A stretch of DNA of 64,000 bases from Pirellulales bacterium. GTDB taxonomy: Bacteria > Planctomycetota > Planctomycetia > Pirellulales > JAICIG01. The notes beneath the pieces were generated by a model. It saw nothing but the letters and a program-made list of their open reading frames with translations, was not told the DNA's origin and did not search any database. Shown here in pieces: positions 36,384 through 47,600 of this stretch; position 1 is the first letter of the stretch; every line of letters begins with the position of its first letter. Location of the stretch: positions 64,001 through 128,000 of the forward strand of contig JBBDYJ010000016.1 of assembly GCA_040901675.1 (NCBI GenBank), given 5' to 3'. The position numbers were made by a program, and so were the translations under genes.

Positions 36384-39278
36384 TCAGCTCCCGGCCGGCG
36401 TGAGCGCTTCCAGCATCGCGATGAACTCGTGCAACGCCGGGTCCGACCAGTCCAACGGGTCCGGCTGGCCGAGGAACAGTTCGGCCAGGGTTTCCTCCCA
36501 CTCGGCATCCCTCCAACTAGTGGCGGGCGCCTGCTGGGGTTGGTCCGAAGCATCATCCAACTCATCCAGCACGGCGTCCGTGGTCCGCGCCGCCATGACC
36601 TCCGCATCGTCCAGGCTCACGTCCGTGGCCGACAGGAGCATCAGATCGGCCGAGACATCCACGAGCGCAACCTCCAGCGCGTTGATCATGACGTTGAGGT
36701 CCGCCCCCCCCAGGTCCTTCAGCCCCACCGTCAGTTGCCCGTCGAGTACGTCGACCTGCCAGATCAGCGTCTTGAACTCGCCGGCCGCAGTGGTCACCGA
36801 GCCCACCTGCGTGCCCTCCAGGAAGACCCCCATCTGGTCGTGGGGCGCCGTGGCGTCGCCCATCGTCAGGCTGACGGAGTAAGTCCCCGGCTTCAGGTCG
36901 ACGGCGAACACGCCCGATCGGCTGTAGTTGAAGTCGCGAGTCAAGGGATCCTCGCTTTCCCGGTCGCGGGCCGCTACGCTCCCCTGCTGCCAGCCGTAAC
37001 CCAAGTCGGTGCTATAGGTTGTTGCCTTGGTGACCCGCGTGAAGCCCCCGGCGACCGGCGATGCTGGCATGCCGAAGTCGAATTGGGCCTGCGGCGTGCC
37101 GCTGACGCTCGATGTCTCGGGCGCAATCTCCAGCGCGTTGATCATGACGTTGGGGTCCGCCCCGCCCAGGTCCTTCAACTCCAGCGTGAGCTGGCCGTCC
37201 GATACCTCGACCTGCCAGGCCCGCGTCTTGAACTGGCCGGCTGCCGTGCTGACCGAGCCGGCCAGGGTTCCTTCCAGAAAAACTCCCATCTGGTCGTGGG
37301 CCACCGTGGCGTCGCCCATCGTCAGGCTGACGGAGTAAGTCCCGGGCTGCAGGTCGACGGCGAACACGGCCGACCGGGTGTAGTTGAAGTCGCGGGTCAA
37401 AGGATGGGTGCTTTCCCGGTCGCGGGCCGCCACGCTCCCCTGCTGCCAGCCGTAACCCAACTCGATGCTATAGGTTGTGTCCTTGGTGACCCGCGTGAAG
37501 CCGCCGGCGACCGGCGACAGTGGCATGCCGAAGTCGAATTGGGCCGCCGGCGTGCCGCTGACGCTCGATGTCTGGGGCGCAATCTCCAGCGCGTTGATCA
37601 TGAGGTTTTGGTCCGCCCCGCCCAGGTCCTTCAACTCCAGCGTGAGCTGTCCGTCGGATACTTCGACCTGCCAGGTCCGCGTCTTGAACTGGCCGGCTGC
37701 CGTGCTGACCGAGCCGGCCAGGGTTCCTTCCAGAAAAACTCCCATCTGGTCGTGGGCCACCGTGGCGTCGCCCATCGTCAGGCTGACGGAGTAAGTCCCC
37801 GGCTGCAGGTCGACGGCGAACACGGCCGACCGGGTGTAATTGAAGTCGCGGGTCAAGGGATGGGCGCTTTCCCGGTCGCGGGCCGCCACGCTCCCCTGCT
37901 GCCAGCCGTAACCCAATTCGGTGCTATAGGTTGTCGCCTTGGTGATCCGCGTGAAGCCGCTGGCCACCGGCGATGCCGGGGTGCCGAAGTCGAAACGCCA
38001 CGGGGCGATTACGGTGGGCCGCTCATAAGCGCCGATGTCCCAATACTTTCCCTCCGGCCGGGTCAGCCCGTCGAGATCCCTGGCGGGCGCCTGCTCGGAT
38101 GTCCCCCGGTCCAGCGCCGGGCTCGCGGCCGCCAGATGGTAGTCGCCGGCCGCTGCATCGACGAACAGCTCCGCCGCAGCGGCCAGCAGCGAATCGGCGT
38201 CCTGGCCCGTGAGGCTTCGCCAGACGTCCAGGTTGAGGAGGCTGCCGCTGTCGTCGGTCGTGAAGCGCGACATGACCACGTTGTGGTTGCTGACCAGGCC
38301 GGGCAAGCTATTGATGGAGATGTCGATGCTGCCCTTCCAGGAGTGGTCGTTGTACAGGATGTTGTTGTACACCGTATTGCCGGTGCTGCCGTTCTGGATG
38401 TTCAGGGCCCAGCGGGCATCGGATGCCTGCACGATGGTGTTGTTGACGACCAGGTTGTTCTTGGATCCATCCGCCCCGTTGATTCGATAGAGCGAGATGC
38501 CGCTGGCATGGTTGGAGTAGAGCAGGTTGTTCTGAAAAACCGAGCTCTGCACGCCGTCGGCGTTGATCCCCGAGCCGCCGCCGTGGCCGTTTTCGTAGAT
38601 CACGTTGTTCTCGATCACCGCCCCGGTAATCAGGCCGTCGCTCCCCATGCTCTCGTCGCCGTTCATGTGGATGCCGTTTTGGTAGTTGCCCCAGATCGTG
38701 TTGCCGCGGATCACCGGCCGGTCGCCGCTGTTGGACACGTAGATGCCGTGCTGCTGGGCGGACCGGCTGGTAACGTTGTTCTCGATCAGCACGTCGTTGG
38801 TGAAAGCGGTGAAGACGCCCCACACCCCGTTCTTGTCCGCTTCGTTCCCCCGCACGACGATCGATTGCGTAAAATTGGCCGAGGTGCCCACGGCGCGGAT
38901 CCCCGCGCGAGGCATGCCCACGATCTCGAAGCCCTCGATCACGATGTAGGAAGCACCTTCCAGGTTGATGCCGTCGCGGTCGGTCCGGTCGTTTGGCAAA
39001 TCGATCAACACGCCGCCCTGGGCCTGAAACGTGATCGGCGCCGTGGCCGTCCCGTCGGTCCTCAGATCGAAGCCTTGGTAGGTTCCCGGCCGGACAATCA
39101 CCGTGTCGCCGGCACGGACCGAGTCGGCCGCTTTCTGCAGCGTTTGCCAGGGATCGGTGGACGAACCGCCGTGGCCGTCGTCTCCCAGCGGCGACACGTA
39201 AAACGTCGATAGCGCCAGCCGCGACTCGAGCGACTCGTAGCGCAGACCCAACCGCTTGCCGTGAAGGCGTTTAGACAT
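36384..39278 (-). CDS. secreted right-handed beta-helix (pectin lyase-like) protein with three tandem carbohydrate-binding-like domains
   Basis: YESLESRLALS motif; YVSP.G.D...G....PWQTLQKAA; HGIYVSNSGD beta-helix repeats; three FDFG...F.RVT..T.YS..LGYGW repeats. Start taken at ATG 39278. Confidence 0.87.
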   Translation of the reverse strand: MSKRLHGKRLGLRYESLESRLALSTFYVSPLGDDGHGGSSTDPWQTLQKAADSVRAGDTVIVRPGTYQGFDLRTDGTATAPITFQAQGGVLIDLPNDRTDRDGINLEGASYIVIEGFEIVGMPRAGIRAVGTSANFTQSIVVRGNEADKNGVWGVFTAFTNDVLIENNVTSRSAQQHGIYVSNSGDRPVIRGNTIWGNYQNGIHMNGDESMGSDGLITGAVIENNVIYENGHGGGSGINADGVQSSVFQNNLLYSNHASGISLYRINGADGSKNNLVVNNTIVQASDARWALNIQNGSTGNTVYNNILYNDHSWKGSIDISINSLPGLVSNHNVVMSRFTTDDSGSLLNLDVWRSLTGQDADSLLAAAAELFVDAAAGDYHLAAASPALDRGTSEQAPARDLDGLTRPEGKYWDIGAYERPTVIAPWRFDFGTPASPVASGFTRITKATTYSTELGYGWQQGSVAARDRESAHPLTRDFNYTRSAVFAVDLQPGTYSVSLTMGDATVAHDQMGVFLEGTLAGSVSTAAGQFKTRTWQVEVSDGQLTLELKDLGGADQNLMINALEIAPQTSSVSGTPAAQFDFGMPLSPVAGGFTRVTKDTTYSIELGYGWQQGSVAARDRESTHPLTRDFNYTRSAVFAVDLQPGTYSVSLTMGDATVAHDQMGVFLEGTLAGSVSTAAGQFKTRAWQVEVSDGQLTLELKDLGGADPNVMINALEIAPETSSVSGTPQAQFDFGMPASPVAGGFTRVTKATTYSTDLGYGWQQGSVAARDRESEDPLTRDFNYSRSGVFAVDLKPGTYSVSLTMGDATAPHDQMGVFLEGTQVGSVTTAAGEFKTLIWQVDVLDGQLTVGLKDLGGADLNVMINALEVALVDVSADLMLLSATDVSLDDAEVMAARTTDAVLDELDDASDQPQQAPATSWRDAEWEETLAELFLGQPDPLDWSDPALHEFIAMLEALTPAGS
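36670..37996 (-). repeat. three near-identical intragenic repeats, period 456 nt (152 aa)
   Basis: Anchor GAAGTCGAA at 37074, 37530 and 37986, with long identical stretches between copies. Confidence 0.9.
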
Positions 39279-39877
39279 GCAGACACCCCGTGGAAAGGAA
39301 AACAGAAATGCAGACCCGGACCGATAATGTCCTGGCCGTGAAGCCATGCGACCGCGGGCGGGCGCCTGAAGCGGAGCAGCGAGAAAGGGATCGCCGGACG
39401 GCGCGAACGAGATGTGGTCCCGTGACATGGGGAAATAGCCCGCAGGTAGCTCTCGTAGCTCCGGCCGCTCGCCGACGTGACGAGCGGTCCGACCTCTGCC
39501 CTGTGGCAGAAATGGGAGGCGAACCATATCAAACGCCCCGGATTTGCCGCAACCCCCTTATCGGGTCTTGCATCCCCCCCAACCGGGACTCGTCGCCCTG
39601 AGCGGGAGGCGTTTTTCGTCGGTGCCCGAACCCTTCGGCGACAAGGTGGCGGGCGTTTTTGCAAGTCGTCGGGCGGGCGGCAGGGCCGTCCCGGCCCTCG
39701 CCCGCCAGGTTGCGGGCGACGTGCAAATGGCGAAATGCGGTCGCTTGGTATTTCGACCCACAAGTCGGCCCGCGACCCCCGCCCGCTTTCCACCCGCGAG
39801 GAACGTCTGCCCCACCGCTTTTTTTTGGGTTGACAATTTTGCCCACCCCGACCGCTCAGGAAATACTCTTCACAAAA

Positions 39878-39910
39878 CTTGCTTGACAAGCTGGCAACCG
39901 GGAGTATTCT
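39878..39910 (+). promoter_or_regulatory. putative promoter upstream of the ECF-like gene
   Basis: CTTGC-TTGACA, 16-nt spacer, TATTCT. Confidence 0.45.
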
Positions 39911-40196
39911 GGGGCCAGTAACTCAATGCCCCGAAGCTCCTCTCCCGCTATGGCCGCGGGGCAAACATTCTGGCGACGATCGCGTCGTATCTCCCGCAAT
40001 GAAGGCGGGCTCCTGCTGAAGACGGTTGTTGGACCGTCGGATCTTTCAGCGGCTTTCCTGCTTTGATCGCTGGTCCAAGAGGACCGAATTTGCGGATCTC
40101 CCCCGCGGCTGTGCGTTCCGTCAGCCCAATGCGCCGGACCTCCCGACGACCGGCCGGCGCGTGGAATCATGGCGCTGACGCGGCACCCCAACGGAC

Positions 40197-40847
40197 GTGG
40201 CTCAAAAACTGACGAGGCTTCCTTTGGACAAGACACTGACCCAGAAGCGATCGGCCAAGGCCGGACTGGCTGCCGCCTCGGCGGCGGTGCCGCCGGCCGT
40301 GCTGGCTGACCGCGACTTGGTGGACCGTTGCCGTGCCGGGGAAGTCGCCGCCTGGGAACAGTTGTATGGGCAGTGCCACCCGCCGCTGTTGATCGCAATC
40401 AAGGTTTTTTTAGGGCGGCATGGCGCCGGCGACGACCTGGCCGAGGAAATCGCGGCACGCGTCTGGTACACGCTGATCGACGACCAGGGGGCCTTGCTGG
40501 ACCGGTTCGATCATCGCCGGGGCTGCCGCCTGACCACGTTCCTGGCGGCCCTGGCAAAGAAGGACGTGCTGCGCTACCTGCGGAGCGAGCGGCGCCGCCA
40601 GCTCCGGGAGGTGTCTTCTCGTGGCCAGGCGGCCAGCCGCGGCGAGTCGCCTCAACCGCTGGAGATGGACTTCGACGTGGCGCTGGACGAATTCCTGGCG
40701 ACGTTGACTCTGCGCGAACGGGAGTTTTGCGAGGACTACCTGTTAGCCAACACGGCCGACAGCCTGGAAAAGTACACGTGCAGCAATCGTTGGCAACTGC
40801 AGCACCGGGTGCGGCGAAAGTTGTGGGTGTTCTTGAACGCGTCTTAA
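40197..40847 (+). CDS. ECF-type sigma70-like protein
   Basis: D..LV.RC..G...AWEQLY region 1.2/2 pattern, 'LTTFLAALA', and region 4-like 'LATLT.REREF'. Start uncertain. Confidence 0.7.
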   Translation: MAQKLTRLPLDKTLTQKRSAKAGLAAASAAVPPAVLADRDLVDRCRAGEVAAWEQLYGQCHPPLLIAIKVFLGRHGAGDDLAEEIAARVWYTLIDDQGALLDRFDHRRGCRLTTFLAALAKKDVLRYLRSERRRQLREVSSRGQAASRGESPQPLEMDFDVALDEFLATLTLREREFCEDYLLANTADSLEKYTCSNRWQLQHRVRRKLWVFLNAS

Positions 40848-40875
40848 GAGAACCGCGGGCGGGTTTCGCATGATT

Positions 40876-40908
40876 CTTGCTTGACAAAAATACAAACTCG
40901 GATATTGT
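40876..40908 (+). promoter_or_regulatory. putative promoter of the exosortase/polysaccharide operon
   Basis: CTTGC-TTGACA, 16-nt spacer, TATTGT; same layout as 39878-39910. Confidence 0.45.
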
Positions 40909-41059
40909 TGGACTGCGATCCGCAATGTTGCGGTTCTCCTCCTTCCCCCCTGCTATGCCGGCGGGGCCCCTCCCTGCGACGACCGCGTGTATCTGTGTCC
41001 GCTAATGGCGGCGGAACCCGCGCTACTGGCCTCTAGGTCCCAGCGCGCGCGGGTCACCC

Positions 41060-41089
41060 CAATTTGAGCGACTGCAATTTGAGCGACTG
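41060..41089 (+). repeat. 15-nt perfect direct repeat x2
   Basis: CAATTTGAGCGACTG twice in tandem in the operon leader. Confidence 0.85.
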
Positions 41090-41346
41090 CGCTCGCCACG
41101 GCAAATCCAGCAGCCGCGGCAGCGCTCGAGCGCAGCGGGCGAAGCATGAACTTGTTACGCACTTAAGGTCAACGACAGCAGGGAATCTCTTGTTCAGCAG
41201 CGGGGCAGCCGGCCTTGGCTCCCGGCAGTCTGGATCAAGCTCCCAAGCCGGACCCCTGACACACAACCTGGCCGCCGATTCGGTGCCCTTAGGTTCACCG
41301 ACGGGGACGGAGTGTGCGCGGAGTGCCCGCTGCCGGTCGCATCGGT

Positions 41347-42327
41347 ATGAACAACAAAACGACCAAAACCAAACAACGCAGCCGCAGCCGCGCAGCCTCC
41401 CAGGCTGGCGGTCGTCCCGCCCCAGCCGGACTGGGTGCAAGACGGCAGCCGGGGTCGTGGTGGATGCTGGCCGGCCTGCTGGGGAGTGTTTTCGTCTGGT
41501 CGTATTGGCCTATTCTCGCGCAACTGTTGAAGGCCTGGCGGCTGGAGCCCGACTACTCGCACGGCTTCCTGGTCGTGCCGGTGGCCCTCTACTTTCTCTG
41601 GGCCAGGCGCGATCTGCGGCCCGCCGCCGACGGGCGAATGGCCTGGGGCGGCTTGGGACTGGTGGGCTTCGCACTGGCGCTGCGGCTTGCCGGCGGCTGG
41701 TATTACATCGACTCAATGGCGGCCTGGTCGCTGCCGCTATGGGTAGGCGGGCTCTGCTGGCTTCTGGGCGGGTGGCGGCTGTTCCGCTGGGCGCTGCCGG
41801 CGGTCGCCTTCCTGGCGTTCATGATTCCGTTGCCGTATCGCACGGAGCAGTTCCTCAGCTTGCCGCTGCAAAGCGTGGCCACGCGGATCAGTTGCTGGTG
41901 GCTGGAATCCTTCGGGCAGCCGGTCCTCACTCAAGGCAACGTGATCCTGCTGGAAGACGTGACCCTGGAAGTGGCCCAGGCCTGCAGCGGGCTGCGGATG
42001 TTCGTGTCGATCTTCGCACTCGCCTTCGTTTACTCGGTGCTGTCGCCGCGGCCCTGGTGGATGAAAGCCGTCCTGTTTGCCAGCGCCGCTCCAATCGCCA
42101 TGCTGGCCAATTCCGCGCGCATCGCCGGCACGGGGTTGCTGTATTTGGCTTTCCCACACGATGCGGCCCGCCAACTGATCCACGAGGCCGGCGGATGGTC
42201 GATGATTCCGCTGGCCGCGGGGCTGATGGGCCTCTTGCTCTGGTACCTGGGCCGTCTGGTGGTCCCGGTGGAAACTCCCGATCCCTTGCATTCGATGGTA
42301 CGCGACCGGCTGGCGCCGGCCGGCTGA
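41347..42327 (+). CDS. exosortase (EpsH family)
   Basis: PDYSHGFLV, VAQACSGLRM (Cys), ANSARI (Arg), IHE..GW (His); multiple TM segments. Confidence 0.92.
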   Translation: MNNKTTKTKQRSRSRAASQAGGRPAPAGLGARRQPGSWWMLAGLLGSVFVWSYWPILAQLLKAWRLEPDYSHGFLVVPVALYFLWARRDLRPAADGRMAWGGLGLVGFALALRLAGGWYYIDSMAAWSLPLWVGGLCWLLGGWRLFRWALPAVAFLAFMIPLPYRTEQFLSLPLQSVATRISCWWLESFGQPVLTQGNVILLEDVTLEVAQACSGLRMFVSIFALAFVYSVLSPRPWWMKAVLFASAAPIAMLANSARIAGTGLLYLAFPHDAARQLIHEAGGWSMIPLAAGLMGLLLWYLGRLVVPVETPDPLHSMVRDRLAPAG

Positions 42328-42388
42328 CAGCTCCATGCTGAAGAGCGAACCGGCACCGCTTCGCCCGCACCTTTGAGAGTCGACCCCA

Positions 42389-44653
42389 ATGAATGAGCCT
42401 CGCCACGACCGCGAAACTGCCATCACCGTGAGTGGACCAAGGACGGTGGCGCCCGCCAGGTCTCAAACGGCTGCTTCGACCGCTCCGATCGGCTGGGACG
42501 ATTGCACGTCGGCCGCCCGTCAGTGGTGGTGGCTGGCGTTGCCCGCCGGCTTGCTGCTGGCCGTGCTGGCCGTGGCAGCCACCTGGCTGATCTTTGAACC
42601 CAAATACGAGGCTTCGGCCTGGCTGCAGATCGAAGAGAAGCGTCCGTTCATCGCCTTTCCCGCCTCGGACAGCGAGTCGAAGCTGTTCGTTCAGACCCAG
42701 GTGGAGTTGATCAAGAGCCCCTTGGTCCTGGGGGAGGTGCTTGCCAATCCGAAGATCGCGCGTTTGCCCGAGCTCCGCGCCGCCGCCGATGCCCCGTTTG
42801 ATTGGCTGTCGGAAAACCTGACGGTCAAATCCGTCGGCCGTTCCAGCCTGTTCCAGATCGCGTTCAAGTCGCGCCATCCCGAGCATGCGGCTCTGATCAC
42901 CGACGCCATCATGGCATCGTACCTCGAGTTCATGCGGGCCGACGCGCGCAACCAGGCGGATGCGCTGATCGACGTGCTGGAGGAGGAAAAGGGGATCCGC
43001 GCCACGCAGGTGCGAGTCATGCAGGAGAAGGTGCGGGAGTTGGCCGCTCCGATGGTGGGCCGGCAGGCCTCCTTCGGCCTGGGCGAGGACCACTCGGCAA
43101 CCCCGAACCCACTGGCCAACCTGCACATCCAGCTTGCCGACGCCGAAGTTCAGCGGGCCATGTGGGAGAGCGAGCTGGAAGTGTATGCCAAGTCGCTCGA
43201 AGAGCAGAATGAACTGCCGCAGGGCGCGTTAGAGCGGGCCCTGGAAAGGCAGCCGCAGATTCAGCAACTCGGTGGGCTGCTCATCGCAATGCAATCCCAG
43301 CTTGCGGACTGGGAGCGGACCAGCCCGAAGGGTGCAACTCACGCCAGCGCCGTTTCGCTCAAGAGCGACATCGAGCTCTTGGAGAAAAGGATCGAAGCGG
43401 CCCGCGAAAAGCTTCGCCCGGTCGTGGCAGGCGAAATGCGGGAGGTGGGACTGCGTGACACGGCCGACGCCGTCTCTCGCCTCAAGAAGCAAATTGCCAC
43501 TCACCGCCTGCTCGAGGAACTGCTCAAGGATCGGATCGACAAGCAATTCGCCGCGATGGAAGGATTGGGAGACGACTCGCTGAGGCTGGAGATCGCCCGC
43601 GGCGAACTCCAGCGCGCCGAGATCGTGTTCCAGAAGATCTCCGACCGCATCATGGCCCTGCGGACCGAGCAAAGCGCCCCGACCCGCGTCGTCGAGCGCC
43701 GCCGGGCGGTGCCGCCCGATCGTCCCGTCGACACCCCTTATGCCAAGTTGGCCGCGGCCGGGCTGGCCTTCTTTTGTCTGCCGTTCGGCCTGGCCGTGCT
43801 GGCCGAGCGCCGAGTCCGCCGCATCGCCGAGCCGCAGCAGATCAGCCATGAGACCAATCTCGAAGTCGTCGGCGAGATCACCACGCTTCCCACCCGCTCG
43901 CTCCTGCCCGGCCGCCGCTCTGCCAGCCGCTTCGCTCGCCACTGCAGCACCTTCGAGGAGAGCGTCGAGAATCTCGGCACGCACCTGATGCTCTCCGACG
44001 AGCTGCGCCAATTGCAGATCATCGTGGTGGCCAGCGCCGTCAGCCGCGAAGGCAAGACCAGCCTGGCCTCGCAATTGGCCGTGAGCCTGGCCAATTGTTC
44101 CCGCGAGGTGGCCTTGCTCGTCGACGCCGACTTGCGAGCACCCGACCTGCACCAGCGCTTCGGTATCCCGCAGTCTCCCGGACTGGTCGAAGTGCTCAAC
44201 CAGGAGGCCGCCGTTGAGGACGCCATCGTCACCAGTTGGAGCAGCCGCCTGCACCTGCTGCCGGCCGGCCGTCTGAACCAGAATGCCCAGTCGCTGTTGG
44301 GGCGGGGAAGCTTGAAAGTGCTCCTGGACCAACTCCGCTCGCGATATCGCTATATCGTGGTCGATGCACCACCGGTGCTGGCCGCCAGCGAAGCGTTGTT
44401 CATTGCGCGGGCCGGCGACGGCACCCTGTTATGCACGATGCGCGACGTAAGCCGGGGCGCCCAAATCCGCCTGGCATGCGAGCGGCTGATTGCGGCCGGA
44501 GCCAGGCCCTTGGGCGCGGTCCTCAGCGGGGTGCCCCCCAAGCGGTACGCCCGCAAGTACGGCGGTTCGGATTATTACAAGCGGCACTACGTGCTGGCCA
44601 ACGGGCGCCTCCATCCGCCCGGAGCCTTGGAGTCATTCGGCGACGAATCGTAA
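42389..44653 (+). CDS. polysaccharide chain-length regulator / BY-kinase (Wzc-like)
   Basis: Two TMs with a coiled coil between them, SAVSREGKT Walker A, LLVDADLR.P, VVDAPP, and a Tyr-rich C-terminus. Confidence 0.9.
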   Translation: MNEPRHDRETAITVSGPRTVAPARSQTAASTAPIGWDDCTSAARQWWWLALPAGLLLAVLAVAATWLIFEPKYEASAWLQIEEKRPFIAFPASDSESKLFVQTQVELIKSPLVLGEVLANPKIARLPELRAAADAPFDWLSENLTVKSVGRSSLFQIAFKSRHPEHAALITDAIMASYLEFMRADARNQADALIDVLEEEKGIRATQVRVMQEKVRELAAPMVGRQASFGLGEDHSATPNPLANLHIQLADAEVQRAMWESELEVYAKSLEEQNELPQGALERALERQPQIQQLGGLLIAMQSQLADWERTSPKGATHASAVSLKSDIELLEKRIEAAREKLRPVVAGEMREVGLRDTADAVSRLKKQIATHRLLEELLKDRIDKQFAAMEGLGDDSLRLEIARGELQRAEIVFQKISDRIMALRTEQSAPTRVVERRRAVPPDRPVDTPYAKLAAAGLAFFCLPFGLAVLAERRVRRIAEPQQISHETNLEVVGEITTLPTRSLLPGRRSASRFARHCSTFEESVENLGTHLMLSDELRQLQIIVVASAVSREGKTSLASQLAVSLANCSREVALLVDADLRAPDLHQRFGIPQSPGLVEVLNQEAAVEDAIVTSWSSRLHLLPAGRLNQNAQSLLGRGSLKVLLDQLRSRYRYIVVDAPPVLAASEALFIARAGDGTLLCTMRDVSRGAQIRLACERLIAAGARPLGAVLSGVPPKRYARKYGGSDYYKRHYVLANGRLHPPGALESFGDES

Positions 44654-44662
44654 AGCGGACCC

Positions 44663-47600
44663 ATGCAGCTTACCGCCGACAACCGCGCCATCTCTCCCGA
44701 ACCGCCCCCGCGGCCGCGCTTCCCACGCGCAGCTCGTCGCTGGGAGTTGAATGTTCGCCTGTTGGCGGGCACGCTGGTTGCGCTGGCCGCCGTCGTTCCG
44801 GCTGCCTGGTTGTGGCATGCCCGCCAGGTGCGCGCCAATGCCGAGGGTCTGCTGGCGCGCGCCGGGCAATTGGAACAAGAAGGCGACCATCCGGCCGCCG
44901 TGGTTGCACTCCAGCGCTATGTGCAGTTGAGGCCCGACGACGTTGCCCAGCGCGTCCGTCTGGCCGAGCTGTTTGGTGGCTCGGCGGCTACCCGAGACGA
45001 GAAACAGCAGGCGCTAAAACTCTATGCCGTTGCCCAGGGATTGGCCCCCGACAAGCTGGACGTACGGCGGCGGCGAATCGAACTTCTGCTCCAGCTCGGC
45101 TACCTGCCTCAGGCTTCCAGCCAGGCCGCCGCGCTATTGTCCGAGAAACACCTGTCGCACGATCCGGTGGCGCTGCGCGTGCGAGCGCTGGCACTGTATC
45201 ACCTGCGGCGATCGGGAGGCCGCGTGGAAGCAGGCGATCTTTCCGAAGCGCTGGAGCGAGCCGTCGAGCAGGCGCCGCACGATGTGGAACTGGCCCACGC
45301 GCTGGCCGCCTTCCTGCGGGACCAACTGGCCGAGGTCGCCGACAGCGGCGGCGAGCGCGGCCGCCAACTGGCGCGGCAGGCCGACGAAGTCATGGACCGG
45401 CTGGTGGCCGTTTCGCCCGATCGGGCCATCGCCCTGGTGGCCCGGCATCGCTATCGCCGCGCCTACCAGCTCCCCGACTCCGGCGACGATTTGCGGCAAG
45501 CCCTGGCGCTGGATCGCCAGCAGCATCTGCCGGAGGTGCGTCTGGCGGCCGGTCAAGAAGCACTCGCCCAGAAGCAGCCCAGGAAAGCTGCCGAGTTTTT
45601 CACCGCGGCCATCGAGGCGGGCCTGGCGAATCGTGCCGCGCTCGAGACGCTGGAGCAGTCGCACCTGGGTCTCGGCCGGGCGCATCTGGCGGTGGGCTCG
45701 ACCGAGGAGGCCCTCAATGCCTGGCAAATGGGGCTGAAGACCGCCGACCCGGGCTCGCTCGAATTGAAGTTCGAAATTGCGCAGGCATTGATCGCGCTCG
45801 ATCGGCTCGATGATGCGGACAAGTACCTCGATAAGCTGGAAGAGGAAATATCGACGCGGGCCAGGTACCTGATGCCCCGCCCGTTGTCCCGCCTGGAACA
45901 GCCCGTATCGGTGCTGCGCGCCGAGTGGCGGTTCGCTCGCAAGGAGTATGCCGAGGCAGCCGGCCTGCTCCGCCAACTTCTTGTCAATCGGCATTCGACC
46001 CCGCAGATCGACGAGCAGCAGCGCCATCGCCTGCAATTGCGGCTGGGGATGTGTTACGCGCAGTTGAAGCAATGGGACCGTGCCGCAAGCGTCTTCCAGC
46101 AGGCGTCCGACGCGCAGCCGAGCTTGCCCCAGCCGCTGGTGGCCGCCGCGGATGCCTGGGAGCGCGGCGGCAACCTCGTGTCGGCCATCGCCTGCTACGA
46201 AAAGGCCCTCGGCCTGCCCGGTGTCGCCTCCGACGTCTGGGCTTCGCTGGCCCACGTTCGCTTTCGAAACGAGTTGCTGACTCCCCCCGCAGAACGCCAG
46301 TGGGCGGACTTCGAGCGGGACCTGGCCGCGGCTCGCGAGTTGCTGCCCCAGGATGGCGGAGTGCTGCTGCTGGCAGCGGAATATGCCGCCTTGCGCAATC
46401 AGCCCCAGGAGGCCGCCCGGCTGCTCGAACAGCTTTCGCGGGAGCCGGCGACTCCGCTCAAGCTGCGTGAAGAGGTCGTGCTCGCCCTGGAGCGAATGGG
46501 CCGCTTGAGCCAGGCGGACGAGGCACTGCGTCGCTGGGAGGATCTGCACGGCGTCTCGGTTCGTACCACGCTGGTCCGCGCGCGGCTGCTGCGCGGGCGG
46601 CGGCGTGGCGATGAGGCACGCCGCGTGCTTCAGGCCGCGCTCGTCGAGGCGCCTCGTTCCGAGCGGACGGAGGTCGAGTTCCAACTGGCGCTCTTGGACG
46701 TCGAAAGCGGGAACGTGCAGCAGGCCCGGCGGCAACTGGCCCGTCTCGCCGAGCAGCAGCCCGCCGACGTGCGGTTCGTGCAGCTCCTGGCCGAGCTGGC
46801 CTTGGAAAGCCGCGACGCCGACCAACTGGAACAGTCGGTGCGGCAGCTCCGCCGGCTGGAGGGGGTCGATGGCACCCTGTGGAGATTCTTTGAAGCGCAG
46901 CGGCTGGCCCTCTTGGCGAGCGGTCCGCGCGACGACGGGCTGGTGAACGCGCAGGCCTTGCAGGAGCAGATCGAGCGGATCCGCCCCTCCTGGTCCGCCG
47001 CCTACCTGCTCAAAGGGCATTTGGCCCGGCAACGAAACCAGATCGACGAGGCGATCGCCGCCTATCAGACAGCCATCGAGCTGGGCGAGGGTCGCCTCCG
47101 GGTCTTCGAGCAACTAGTGCATCTGCTCTACCGGCAGCATCGCTTCGAGGAGGCGGACCAGGTGTTCGAGCTGCTCCGCGGTCGCAAGCAGTTGTCGCCC
47201 CGCCTGGCCGAGCTGGGCATCGCCACCAGCGTGCGCCTCGACGAGTCGCAGCGGGCCGTCGCTCTCGCGCGGGCCCAGGTTCGCGACAAGCCACGTGATG
47301 CGATCGCGCGGCTCTGGCTGGCCCAGGCGTTGGAAGCCGACGGCCAGTCCGACTCTGCCCAAGAGCAATTGATCGAGGCCACCCGGCTTGCTCCGCACGA
47401 TGCCCGTCCCTGGTCGGCCCTGCTGCGCTACTATGCCCGGGCGAAGCGTCCGGCCGACGCGCGCCGCACGTTGGCCGAGATGACGCGGCGCATCGAAATC
47501 TCCGACGAGCAGCGGCCCTTTGTGCTGGCCCAGTCGCATGAGACGGTGGGCGATCGCCAGGCGGCGGCCTCCCTGTATCGGCAGGCGGTCCGGGCAGCGC

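Noticed and set aside
41095..41200. Riboswitch in the exosortase leader (GGCAAA motif)
   Set aside because: No GNRA loop, receptor or closing helix could be identified.
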